Source: a virus. Taken from it: a DNA stretch of 64,000 nt. The stretch's first letter is position 1. Every line of letters begins with the position of its first letter. A model generated the notes under the pieces. It ran no database searches and was not told where the DNA came from. It saw only the letters and a program-made list of their open reading frames with translations. The DNA lies in IMG/VR virus record IMGVR_UViG_3300048839_001249, positions 28,689 through 92,688 of that record. One strand, given 5' to 3'. Positions 33,101-40,200 of this stretch are shown here, piece after piece. Both the position numbers and the translations under genes were made by a program.

Positions 33101-36100
33101 TTGCATCTAAAAAGGAAAATTCATCACCAATGATTGCTATACCTTTACAAAAAAGTGACTACATGGTATTTTTACTTGGTTCTGATAATGTTTATTATAG
33201 AATTCATGCTCTTGGTACTCATGGTATGAGTGAATACAATATTCAAAAGTATAATCCTAATTCAATACTTACTGATCGTGCTCAACCTCAGATGTTAACC
33301 AAACTTGAACCATCAAGAAGAAGATTATCAAATAAAAATGTAAATACATTTGGTATTGAAAATGGTGATTCCAGAGCAGTACTGGAAAGGATAGCAAAAG
33401 AAGGTAATGAATATGAAAAGAAGCTCGCTACTGAATTATTAAAATATGATAATGATGTTAAACTAACTGTTGAAAATATTTATGCAGCAGGAGTTTATAG
33501 TCATAATAATCATACTATCACTATCAGTACTAAAATTCTTTCACCTATAAGTAAGAAATGGTCATTAGGAAATAACAATAATCAAGATAAGATTGCTTCT
33601 GTGTTTTTGCATGAATATATACACAGTTTGACAGCAAGAGAACTTAATAATTATTTTGATGATGAAGGTAATCTTATTGTTGATAATCCTCCACAATATA
33701 TTGTAAATCTTCAAAAAATATTTTTACAAGCAAGAACAAAACTTAATGTTAACAGAAATAATGTTAATGATGTAAGAAATAAAATGAACAATAGTACTAT
33801 ACTTACAGAAGATGAGAGAGGAAGAATATATCCTTTTGTAAATGTAGGAGAATTTGTTGCACAATTAATGTCAACAGACACTCAGTTCAGAGAAAAGCTT
33901 GCTGAATTACAATATGAAGGTGAAGATAAATCATTACTTGATAAGTTTAGGGAATTCATTAATGATCTGTTAAATTCACTAGGTGTAAACACTGATGAAA
34001 ACATGTTAAAAGCTGCTCAGATTGCTACATTAGATTTTATAGCCAGTGAAAATGCACCTGTACAAGAATTACCTGAACTTACAGAAGAACCTTATTATCC
34101 TATTATGGGTGAAGAAGATGAACCTTTTGTTGATATTTTAAATCCAACACCTCCAACCAGACCTGAAATGAAATATCGTCTATTAGCACAGCAGCAATCA
34201 GATGATATGAATTATATTGAATTCTTGCATGATGCTACATCTGGATTTGTTTACAGACTTGTTACAACTCCTGATGGCAAATTACAAATGAATAAAGCAA
34301 ACTTAAATGATAAGAAGTTTTCTCCTGTAGTAGGTGATGAACTTAATGCACTTACCAGTGGATCAATTAAGGAATTTATAATCAAGGAATTTGGTAGTGA
34401 TGTATGGCAGAAATTAAAACCTGTTAAGAAAGAGGTTACAAGACCTAAGAAGATCATCTCTGGTGCACAAACTGGTGGTGATAGGGGTGCATTATTAGGT
34501 GCAAAAGAAATAGGTATTGAAACTGGTGGAAAAATGCCAAAAGGTTTTAAAACTGCAGAAGGTAGCAGACCTGATGTTGCTAAAGAATTTGGATTATCAG
34601 AAACAAATTCAGCAGATTATCCACAAAGAACAATGGAAAATGTAGATGATTCTGATGGAACAATGGCAGTTCTTTGGGGAAATAGTGTGGGTACTGGTAA
34701 AACAATTGGATATGCACAAAATCATACTTGGGGATATGGAAATAATAAATCCAAGGATGATGGATACAGACCCGTGTTAGTAATTACTACACATGATGTT
34801 AAAGAAGCTGCACAACAATTAAAAGATTTCATTAAACGTAATGGTATTGAAACTCTTAATGTAGCTGGACATAGAGAAGGTAGTCAGCCAGGTATTCAAG
34901 AGTTTACTCGTCAAGTAATTGTTGAAGCATTTAAAGAAGAAACTACAGAACAAGAAACTCAAACTAGAGAATACACACCTGATAATATAACTTCTTTAAA
35001 ACCTAATGAAATATTTGTATTTGGTAGTAATGAAGGAGATTCTAGAGGTGGTAAGCCTACACATGGTAGAGGTGCAGCTAAAACTGCAAGAGAAAAATTT
35101 GGTGCTATTCAAGGACAATCTAGGGGATTACAAGGACAGTCTTATGCTGTAGTAACAAAAAAATATTGGGATATTGAAAAATCTTCTACTCTTGATGAAA
35201 TAAAGAAAGAACTTACAGCTTTTGTTTACTTTGCACATGAACATCCTGAACTTAAATTTTATGTTACTAAGTTAGGTAGTAGTTTAGCTGGATATTCAAT
35301 AAATGAAATAAAGCAATTATTTGAAAATATACATCAATATTCAGGTCAAATCACTGATAATATTATTCTTCCTAGAGAATATGAATTTAGAGATGATGTA
35401 AAATCCACAGAACAACAAGAAGAGGAAACTCAAGAACCAGATATGGGAATAAATCCATCCAACCCTACAACTAATGGTAAAACATTACAGGGTGAACAAG
35501 TAGAAGCTGCACAGAAAGCTGACAGATGGTTTGCTAAGTTGAAAGAAAAGACCAATGATATTATGAATGCCAGATCATCAGGAATACTGGAAGATGATAT
35601 TATTAATAATTTCATGTTTCTGCTGAGTGGTAAAGGTGGTACTGGTAAAACATTCACTACAGAAGTTATCTTGAAGCAGCATGTTGAAGGAAGAAAAGTA
35701 ACCTATGTTGCACCAACACATCAAGCAAAGAATGTACTTACTGAAAATATGGAGTCAGGCTCAGCTAGTACTTTACAATCATTGTTAGGTTTGAAACCAT
35801 CAAAAGATCAGCGTAAAAATGAATTTTATGCATTATCAATGCATGAAGTTGCAAAAATTTACAATGCAGGTACAATGCAAATTCCATTTTTTGATACTGA
35901 TATTATTGTAATTGATGAAGCATCACAATTAGGTTATGGAAAATTATCATCTCCTGAGATGTTAAGAGATTGGACTGGCACATCTTATGAAAGTCAATCA
36001 GTACATTATGATCCTGCATTAGGTACTTACTTAATGGAAATGATAAAGCTTAAATATCAGCTTACTGGAAGATTAACAACAGTATTTATGATGGGTGATA

Positions 36101-37245
36101 TTGTACAAACTGTACCTATTAATACTGATAAATATCAAATAAGTGAATTATTGGAAAGAGTTATTAAATCTGATAATTTTGCAGAACTTGAAAAAGTAAG
36201 AAGAGTTGATGATAAAGACATTTTGAATTATAATCAACAATTCAGAGATGCATTCTTTGATATTTACAAATCAGAAGATAGGAAAAAGATTGTTCCTCCA
36301 TTGAAAAGATTATTACTTTCTGGTAATTTTAATAGTAAAAACTTAAAGAAACTGGATAATGCTAATCAAATGGTTGATACATTTGTAGAACATTATCAGG
36401 AAAATATAAGTAGTGAGACACCAAATCCAAATCATACTGTTATTATTAATTACAATGCTGCTCACAGGCCAGAAAGCATGCTGCTAACTAATAACATCAG
36501 AAAGAAATTATTTGGTGAAGAAGGTGCTCAAAATTATTATAACAAAAATGAGTTAATACTACATCAGGGAAGTTATGAATATACTTATGGTGGTAGAACA
36601 TTTAATATTGAAAATGATGATAAGTTAATTATTCAATCTGCTACAGAAGAAACTCAATCAATTGATGTTGGTAAGAATAAAATGTTTAATGTTGATGTAC
36701 TGTGGATGAGTGTAACTGTAAAAAATCCTGTACATGGATTAATTACTATTCAAGTTCCATATATGAAACCTGAAACAAAAGCTGAGATTAATAAATATTG
36801 GGAAGAAGCAAGAGCAAAAAAGGAAAACCCTGGTGCACAATCTACTACTCAATTCAGAAGTCTTAGAGCCAATGAAATGTTTACTGTCATGAGAGCATTA
36901 AACAAATTCAATTATGGTTATGTTGTTAATAACTATAAAATTCAGGGAAGTGGAATTGATTATCCTATTGTAGATGCTCAAAATATTCTCTCGGCAGGTA
37001 AACATACTGATCCACTGCATCTTACAACTTTTATTTATACTGCTGTTAGTAGAGTAAGAAAAAAGATGTATATTTACATTGAAGGAGCACCCACCATACC
37101 TATTATTAAAGATACTGATTCTCAAGACAATAAAGAAGGTATGGATGATATTTCCTCTGTAGAGTCAGAATTTGACTTTATGCTACTCGAAAACATTGCA
37201 AGAGCATTTCCAGAAAAATTTGAACAAAAAAAGTGTAACCTATGA
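21145..37245 (+). CDS. Giant virion-packaged DNA-dependent RNA polymerase polyprotein with accessory C-terminal domains
   Basis: Catalytic GLDFDIDK at 30352-30369, preceded by RIPTS, with STDAQEY and KSSSFPL upstream, matching crAss-like two-barrel RNAPs (phi14:2 gp66 type). HEYIH, SLOG-like and SF1 helicase motifs follow. Confidence 0.9.
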   Translation: MRPNLHDLIKNAHVAKEEKKEEPKQPSFIASSKTLDAASDTVSDELTEYRQLKDDFYKAIKEQQAINTEEKITSDISAGKYLVKGWYKTMVNGGLLLPQMVLGSPDAFKDFALGALSTTPEDIVNYAFEAYRFLHGVDEKDVQEFEARKNTFASLAKATSDKLNPVNMIASSLDSQGSESLFSLKDSDLDKAIENIPEFLKNDFSISPIGTVANLLLPEGQRWDKNTVQHLADIQANFNARQYEETPIDSVFDKSVWGNENLGIIEKLSQGIAYSSLDPTKRESLIYLLNTAPEGVASLAASISQMALTGNALKLAGVPANLIKKIQAVSGSVGEATVIAKDVENKIKEQKLEELVGEDWKKASEQAFEQAFQEAKANGENDRFAEEAGNQAKRELINQFLASEDNADIRRKVEDAAFRGRNITVGINLLTTGTNYIQVSTTLKNLERLGTKVGINAAQETIEGGTRNILAKPFVIGTSNLYNAKATLKNLGIGLENFGTEAIEEGLINPMAERFGIELGMDREYRMGDFWKEVKAGEYLDDAFWGGIFGHGAYHGGAAANSIKGAFSYKSRKKAYEAQQEILKQWDKISKAAGTDLLSELVNLNDNIHTIAKLDRAAKKAEQEGNIELAKSIEERKITVQAGKAFKSGTTEKLLEAYQTIADNTENTQIRDHALNAIQKVKKLEKLYTNAAKKEYLNVEEVFMNTAQNDQLNNNLNEMNLMLRQAKASAEQVLTSIQKDYNAIFAITENGIVFDGEQKQEFKDAVLNDAAISQFQKIFIAKEILSAAITKNLQSFAKITSKGYQQEIQRINEVASSIRRNKNLFTLEDKKDFMREVELVMAQKNLKEVNKEQIRKVFAKEYDVFNVQKQLVESLAARSKNKDATPPKKGIASVFSKFRNRIEAKRKKKSHLSVAKKEKVDMLPAELDEEMDDATKQVIKEQMAELISNEGDNPTFEQLINTAIQSLEGETAEDTKKTIEEDFNVYVLGWRLNNKELTDEEAVRVYNKFFTKRTRLSTSITKKAKKTQQEKTEPPIELEKVIGQEIANEVVTEQEIKKPVNPVAVQRLGIPTVAWITVDDIIEGKDSNDIISHRLADPTRNNPGDPVTVVAYNEQEEKGNYKGKITFPNGKKGNIFTFWENKLSPRTSHSVTGTEDSSSTTTVKERGNKITFEEKHKVSNNKKVIKLYKTYDNKKDKITEHFLVKDDQDVATLNADNIQEVRLYSINLSDTGEAVLKLKIIHNDDTTETKDIVTYNDKNNYQPLLIKDSEGNNLAWVASPKYTAMDRATMLRTAEFRRKVINAGGTFQTTIAKKIPQSQGGVVHSHTINNTPLSEVCPTAIPTVYKDGAFRIGEESFENEERVITNLDRINPSSGYTYDMRLIGYNEKGQQEYIACANKMMPELAPEAFSTVMWVLKTYLSKHDKNQSLSSEITKEQSQKIIDFFKKNFKIDVTSQNGLEQILSMFINLGSAATREKTQLSDGNISPKRFEEYLNSQPKGKPVLLMSNTNLFFGVAGQKINGENYVILSTGTAEKGLDRVSVNRIKAAMQALVATGSKLPLSNNIKMAGNEMPMPIIDNNGNPSTKGKYSDWLKTRLLTTTRATKLKWKDKDGNDIYTSRHTAVIELNEEQAIPVKPTERIEPKPDDESLIEEKTQDEITLIKKLQVAFTELGITDLNSLLDTVDYLPESQEDAFLRTVNPIPGVNLQQLHEMVNNLFNRVVSEHNNERFTDEQIRSYTKGKELFEKHILPTREKYIKLIQEVTQLYETDPVKYSNFSFILMSIQNRLNIYDVIEEHFSEVETRVAERLRKYSGIKIEGEDQTGDEQDKVYSKSSEENLLKDSITSELRRFFAGITDVNEKGTVYGFLGLENHVNFNKAFDTVASILGTAPTSSMNFTDAINILSEYTDAYPWMEGFINKIKDADEQMKNMFIYNCVNQNLNMKFLMYYWEKGQLQTRVYDTNSSEISNIIRDGWVSGFMKSDLVKYEKSIDENVINKAKAQELVDKFNTWKDKHPSNDELILWLSEVGITLSDQTINQIREYGLDLNGRVLSFNDMFGDSEKSAGLFGGIAYKLKLQAKQERTIIDEKGNEIPFSNIKNTIKEIAKIEAKFSNRTVTISFRDGDKSISGLIPMRFASDKIQALKWNIEERNKMLNDPFSRHSMLLNLINRSNDVRDAVYVNQLGVTAMKTRGQSSDSISITDLSAEDQEFVQLGFFWDRRQGKVPVSYWTSGRKNTSIPLRMANMFFPVMSDKSQMLSMYMPVLDLNSAHFKTTENGKIIIHDDVLAILFEQLVRPELGRIIENAKKLKSGSESNCAGYDLGAQIFQMIPELNNVTVTVEGREVSLVKLLNENPEAYPESWVLNDPQAKERINNVLLDLIDKEVNSKLEDWKRIGITKENKLDGSQEVAKISGEYLSETGFTDLKHIAADFVINNLISMSNIFQLVAGDLAFYSQDKLYNDFGYNKDLTRGIVGFENINSYADLQEALKSERESLTDEQYNYIKSNAKPLAYEPTSKNAYVKLSESLGTNLGKRLALLLTPGKRIATSKNNAYIQVFLNDVAVPASNFSFLIKTFYGKDALTDEVKELISNNDTKAIVSLFPKLKAFEKIDSTDAQEYTTLLEHIDVLYGKGRLSTELYNRVKEKALSQMKDGLNDNNRIDDEDFRLILQPMKPVATGSIMDEKNKNQRMIYIKSSSFPLCAQITENTNLDNLRKVMEETQLREGKSVRACYKTGVKVGATVSGVDIYKPDLSVDDLIGSSIIIPRDNFKVQQDVPVHFLYENEDKILMGTQLMKLLFGDGVTELDIEFNGNPVKGRELLNVYNNTFKQIIDTIKNDLFKELGLNKNGIPVNQEEFMRAISKILKREAKERGYSQQSIDSLSIKAQVDDFGMITDFTFVSPLWSSSDSMRFESLLNSIITKRLIKLKLPGYSYVAGSQTGFEKKSEEDITNKSDIIYTKFYDGKGLKPKDENGNAQVFLPSRFRDTTGKLIDLFAQNEDGYIYIEKDENGNWKLKDGKIADELLSIPTFRIPTSSLVSSSFVTIAGFLPVTSGDLMIVPKELITQKGLDFDIDKEYGYHLWHYTDEQGNIAPIEQLTTLENLDDFISSGQEWLGQVKRAVSKDQYMLKKIQEMEEENSVLDELDEEEMYDVEDIMEEFDNFLHKKSNYSMQDIEKGIKDLKYAKSLKRKLLENQIIRIHNAVISSKNPEIERKVNSVLSMEFAKQQASMLEQEDKGFTTILSDRYQRKKMNLGSAGKMGIGVYSNAVTLNSLIQQSDSPISLIVNTDEGKLPLRLKIGNHEFNGNLGRYISIIQSGQLNEIFKLITDEKLRQRIRDGKISLTELSKVIDNAGGNSTILLNGIRTITEVFAERQNTATDNEKEQIMGRCHVNDMTINVDCLLSLMGFDKGNDIIDIDGNQLPASISYLILSQPVIKEYVQEMKKAKSRTGAYASEEEIINKIFEKYQVSDKQVTVTSLDTQTLYDNIFKQTASDVQVAVFNLFLNLNATSKKMGNIQKILGITGGGPNAGLGKSIFDTNSKFKRIIQLVSNQNDNEIHIANVKKLIGDFIHIKDLETFGDEKSDNPIAIARAEGYIDFGEYMIKPTTAIGHMIVNSVQIGYDTWNQFFPFEHPVINKIMDEIMRLQKSDTTKWGDAKIIELKRKIIKEIQKMLFSNPDYGVISGNSTTERRRLFKDTEDKPSLASYLQKLVDDKNPEIIANELIKKMKFDIKPNKIADVSRIIFDNTVENDFDEEYLHNSFYDLLYNERPLPDNISFDPGIKHAENPMTFGKNSSELIVAGKKKLDIRESHNEEFVQGEPLIQIINGQRYKITYLGNINQNDLNIHSGKSVSINNELGKSQLNPIEAKFAQGESKHVYKIEAVYTTTQLAKDLIAYSYLSGGIQGAIEFIKYIPLSYLETSGLLSAMREFDINDDNTFANELGTTIDGILSKMTVQYYQHNPEELPTMSLKDAGLSAVPVDEIFSFASKKENSSPMIAIPLQKSDYMVFLLGSDNVYYRIHALGTHGMSEYNIQKYNPNSILTDRAQPQMLTKLEPSRRRLSNKNVNTFGIENGDSRAVLERIAKEGNEYEKKLATELLKYDNDVKLTVENIYAAGVYSHNNHTITISTKILSPISKKWSLGNNNNQDKIASVFLHEYIHSLTARELNNYFDDEGNLIVDNPPQYIVNLQKIFLQARTKLNVNRNNVNDVRNKMNNSTILTEDERGRIYPFVNVGEFVAQLMSTDTQFREKLAELQYEGEDKSLLDKFREFINDLLNSLGVNTDENMLKAAQIATLDFIASENAPVQELPELTEEPYYPIMGEEDEPFVDILNPTPPTRPEMKYRLLAQQQSDDMNYIEFLHDATSGFVYRLVTTPDGKLQMNKANLNDKKFSPVVGDELNALTSGSIKEFIIKEFGSDVWQKLKPVKKEVTRPKKIISGAQTGGDRGALLGAKEIGIETGGKMPKGFKTAEGSRPDVAKEFGLSETNSADYPQRTMENVDDSDGTMAVLWGNSVGTGKTIGYAQNHTWGYGNNKSKDDGYRPVLVITTHDVKEAAQQLKDFIKRNGIETLNVAGHREGSQPGIQEFTRQVIVEAFKEETTEQETQTREYTPDNITSLKPNEIFVFGSNEGDSRGGKPTHGRGAAKTAREKFGAIQGQSRGLQGQSYAVVTKKYWDIEKSSTLDEIKKELTAFVYFAHEHPELKFYVTKLGSSLAGYSINEIKQLFENIHQYSGQITDNIILPREYEFRDDVKSTEQQEEETQEPDMGINPSNPTTNGKTLQGEQVEAAQKADRWFAKLKEKTNDIMNARSSGILEDDIINNFMFLLSGKGGTGKTFTTEVILKQHVEGRKVTYVAPTHQAKNVLTENMESGSASTLQSLLGLKPSKDQRKNEFYALSMHEVAKIYNAGTMQIPFFDTDIIVIDEASQLGYGKLSSPEMLRDWTGTSYESQSVHYDPALGTYLMEMIKLKYQLTGRLTTVFMMGDIVQTVPINTDKYQISELLERVIKSDNFAELEKVRRVDDKDILNYNQQFRDAFFDIYKSEDRKKIVPPLKRLLLSGNFNSKNLKKLDNANQMVDTFVEHYQENISSETPNPNHTVIINYNAAHRPESMLLTNNIRKKLFGEEGAQNYYNKNELILHQGSYEYTYGGRTFNIENDDKLIIQSATEETQSIDVGKNKMFNVDVLWMSVTVKNPVHGLITIQVPYMKPETKAEINKYWEEARAKKENPGAQSTTQFRSLRANEMFTVMRALNKFNYGYVVNNYKIQGSGIDYPIVDAQNILSAGKHTDPLHLTTFIYTAVSRVRKKMYIYIEGAPTIPIIKDTDSQDNKEGMDDISSVESEFDFMLLENIARAFPEKFEQKKCNL

Positions 37246-40200
37246 TATGTCCTGATTTTAAAAACCCAATAGAAAAACAACAGTTTCTTGAAATTGAGTC
37301 TATATTTGGTAATAATGTATCTTCATGGTTATGGCATTTTAATAATGGACATCCATTAAATAAAACATCTTCTGGTGAAGATAGTGTGTTATTCAAAGAA
37401 ATCTATGATATTGTAGGTAATAAAAAAACTGCAATGTTATTAAAAGCTCAGATTTATCAAAAAGGATTTATTGCACAGGAGCCAACTTTAAAAGAATTTA
37501 CTGATCAGTTTATGCCTAAAAAGATCACTGTTTCTCACAGTGTTCATCCTAAGAAACTGGAATATGGAAGTGTTCATAGAGCAATGGTTGAAGAGGCCAT
37601 AGGTAATATGATTACTGGAAAAAAGATTAAGGCTGGTGATCATCGTAATGAAGTCAGATTTGAATTTGAAGATGAGCAACAAAATTACGAGGTAGCTAAA
37701 AGTAAAGCTCTTAAAATTAATGAGCAATATGGACAAGGTACAGCTACATTGGATACAAGAAATCCAAAAAGTATTACCATGTTTGTTAATTTTAAACCTG
37801 AAACAATTATAGAACAGCTTACACTAGAAACAGAACTTGCAAGACAAAGAATGATTGATCAGAATGAATCTGATATGTTTACCAGACAAATTGAAGGTAA
37901 TTGGCAAACAAATGATGAAGGTAATGTTATTCCATATACAGAATATGATACAAGAGATTATATGCCATTGAATGTATCAAATCAAACATTTTCTTTTCCT
38001 AATACATTTGATGAGTTTCTTGCTGAAAAACAGGCACAACTAAAACAACTTGAAGATACACAAAACAGATTAAGGAAAGAAGCAAAAGCATCAAAGAGAA
38101 ATCAGGAAATAATAAATAAACTTAATGATTTACGATTTAGAATAACAGCATTAAAAACTACAATTAACAATGTAAAACGTGATGGTTTATTTTCTGTTGC
38201 ATTTTCTGAAATGGTAAAAAGTGATTTTGAAAGAATAGAAAAACTATTACAGAATAATGATGGTGACTCCCTTCTGGAAGCTAAAAGAATGATTGATTAT
38301 TATATATCTGTAGGGATAATGGATAGAGATGGTAATTCAAATCCATTATTTGCAGCAGAAGGAATATCATTAGCTGATGCACCTGATGATATAAAAAATG
38401 CATTAGTTAAAGCTTCTACAAAAGCCGAAGAATACAATGATATTTATATTGAAAAACTTAAAGATGTAGCTTACCAAACATTAATCAATCATCCTAATTA
38501 TGCTAAATTATATCCTGATGATATATCAATGAGTCAACTTTTTGAAAAAGTTGACGATATTGATTATTTTTCTGAATATTTTCTTAGTGTTGATTTTACA
38601 TTTACTGGTAATGATTCTATTTTAGCACAGATCATAAAAGAACTTTTTGAAAGGAAATTACTGGAAAAGATTGCTGTAGCTAAAGGTATTATTGAAAATA
38701 TTGATGATCTGTTGCCTAGAGTAAACAGATTACTCATTGAGATGGGTGAATATAGAAGGGATTTTTTAACAGCAGGAAGAAAGATACCATTGTATAGTAT
38801 ATTTTATCAGAAAAATGATCTTGGTAATTTAACACCTGCATTAATTGATAAGTTTTCACAAGACTGGTACAATTTTGTATCAAGTATATCTTTTGCTGTA
38901 GATCAGGCATGGAAATCAGGTAAAACTTATGATGAAGTAAATAGTGCAAAATATAAGGAGATACATAAAAAAGGAAGATTATTTGATATAACAAAATTAC
39001 CTTCATTATTTAGTACTCATACAGCATTTAAAGGAAGTAAAGTTCCATGGGCAAACACAACAGATGAACAAGCTTATATTAATGAACTTGTATCAGAAAT
39101 GGGTCAAACAAAATTTGATGAAATTGTAGAACAGCAAATAATAAAGCTGGATGAATATAATTCTTATGTTGCCATGTTTCGTAATGATTTAATAAAGCAA
39201 TATGGAAGTTTTAATCAAAATGTTAAAGATGAATTAGAAAGAGAAGTATTTTCAAGATCACCATTACGTGCTTTATTTGCAAATAAAGATGGTATGGTAA
39301 CAGGTAATAGTGGTAATACATATTCTGTTACATTGGAATTTAGTATGTATATTCCAAAGAAAGGATTACAGAGAATGTATAATGATGATTTTTCTGTTAT
39401 TGAAAATAACCCATTGTTATTACAGTTTTGGGGTGTTATGCGTGAAGCTGTAAGAAACATAAATGAATCTGTACCTTTTAAAGCTAAGTATGCAACAAGT
39501 ATTCTTTCAATGAATCAGGGAATATTAGAAGCTGTCATTGATAAAAGAATAGGTCAAAAATCAAAATTAGTCTCATTAGCAGGAATTAAAGAAATCACAT
39601 ATAATGCATTGCATAATACATTCTCAACAAAAAATAATGATTTCGATGAAGATTTACTTGCAAAAGAAAATGATCAAAACAAAGTTAATGACAGTAAATT
39701 TAAAAGTGTAACAGATAGAATATCATCAAGAGTTGAGAAAGAAACAGAAGAAGCATCATCAATATTAAATTTAAAGCTTAATAATACAACAATGGTGGAC
39801 TTAAATACAGCAAGTCCAGAAATGATAGAGTATCTTGCAAGACTTTTTAATGTAAAAGCTACAAGATCAATGGTTATTAGTGCTGTAAATCGTGGAATTA
39901 CACCTTATGCTACTGATATATATATTGTACGTGCAATAAGAGCAGAAGTAGGAAGACAAGAAATGTTAAAAGAAACTCTTAATCTTCCTAAAGTATTAAA
40001 GTATTATTTAGCTCAAGCTGCACATTATGATGCAGCAAATGAGATTATTCCTATGCTAGGAGGGTTGAAAAATTTATATAATCAAATTAAAACAAAATCA
40101 GGCTCAAAAAGAGTAAGAGCAGAAAAAAGAATGAATGAGTGGTTTGATCGAGTGATCAGAGGATATAGAGTAAGAGAGAATCCACAAAAAGGAATATTAG

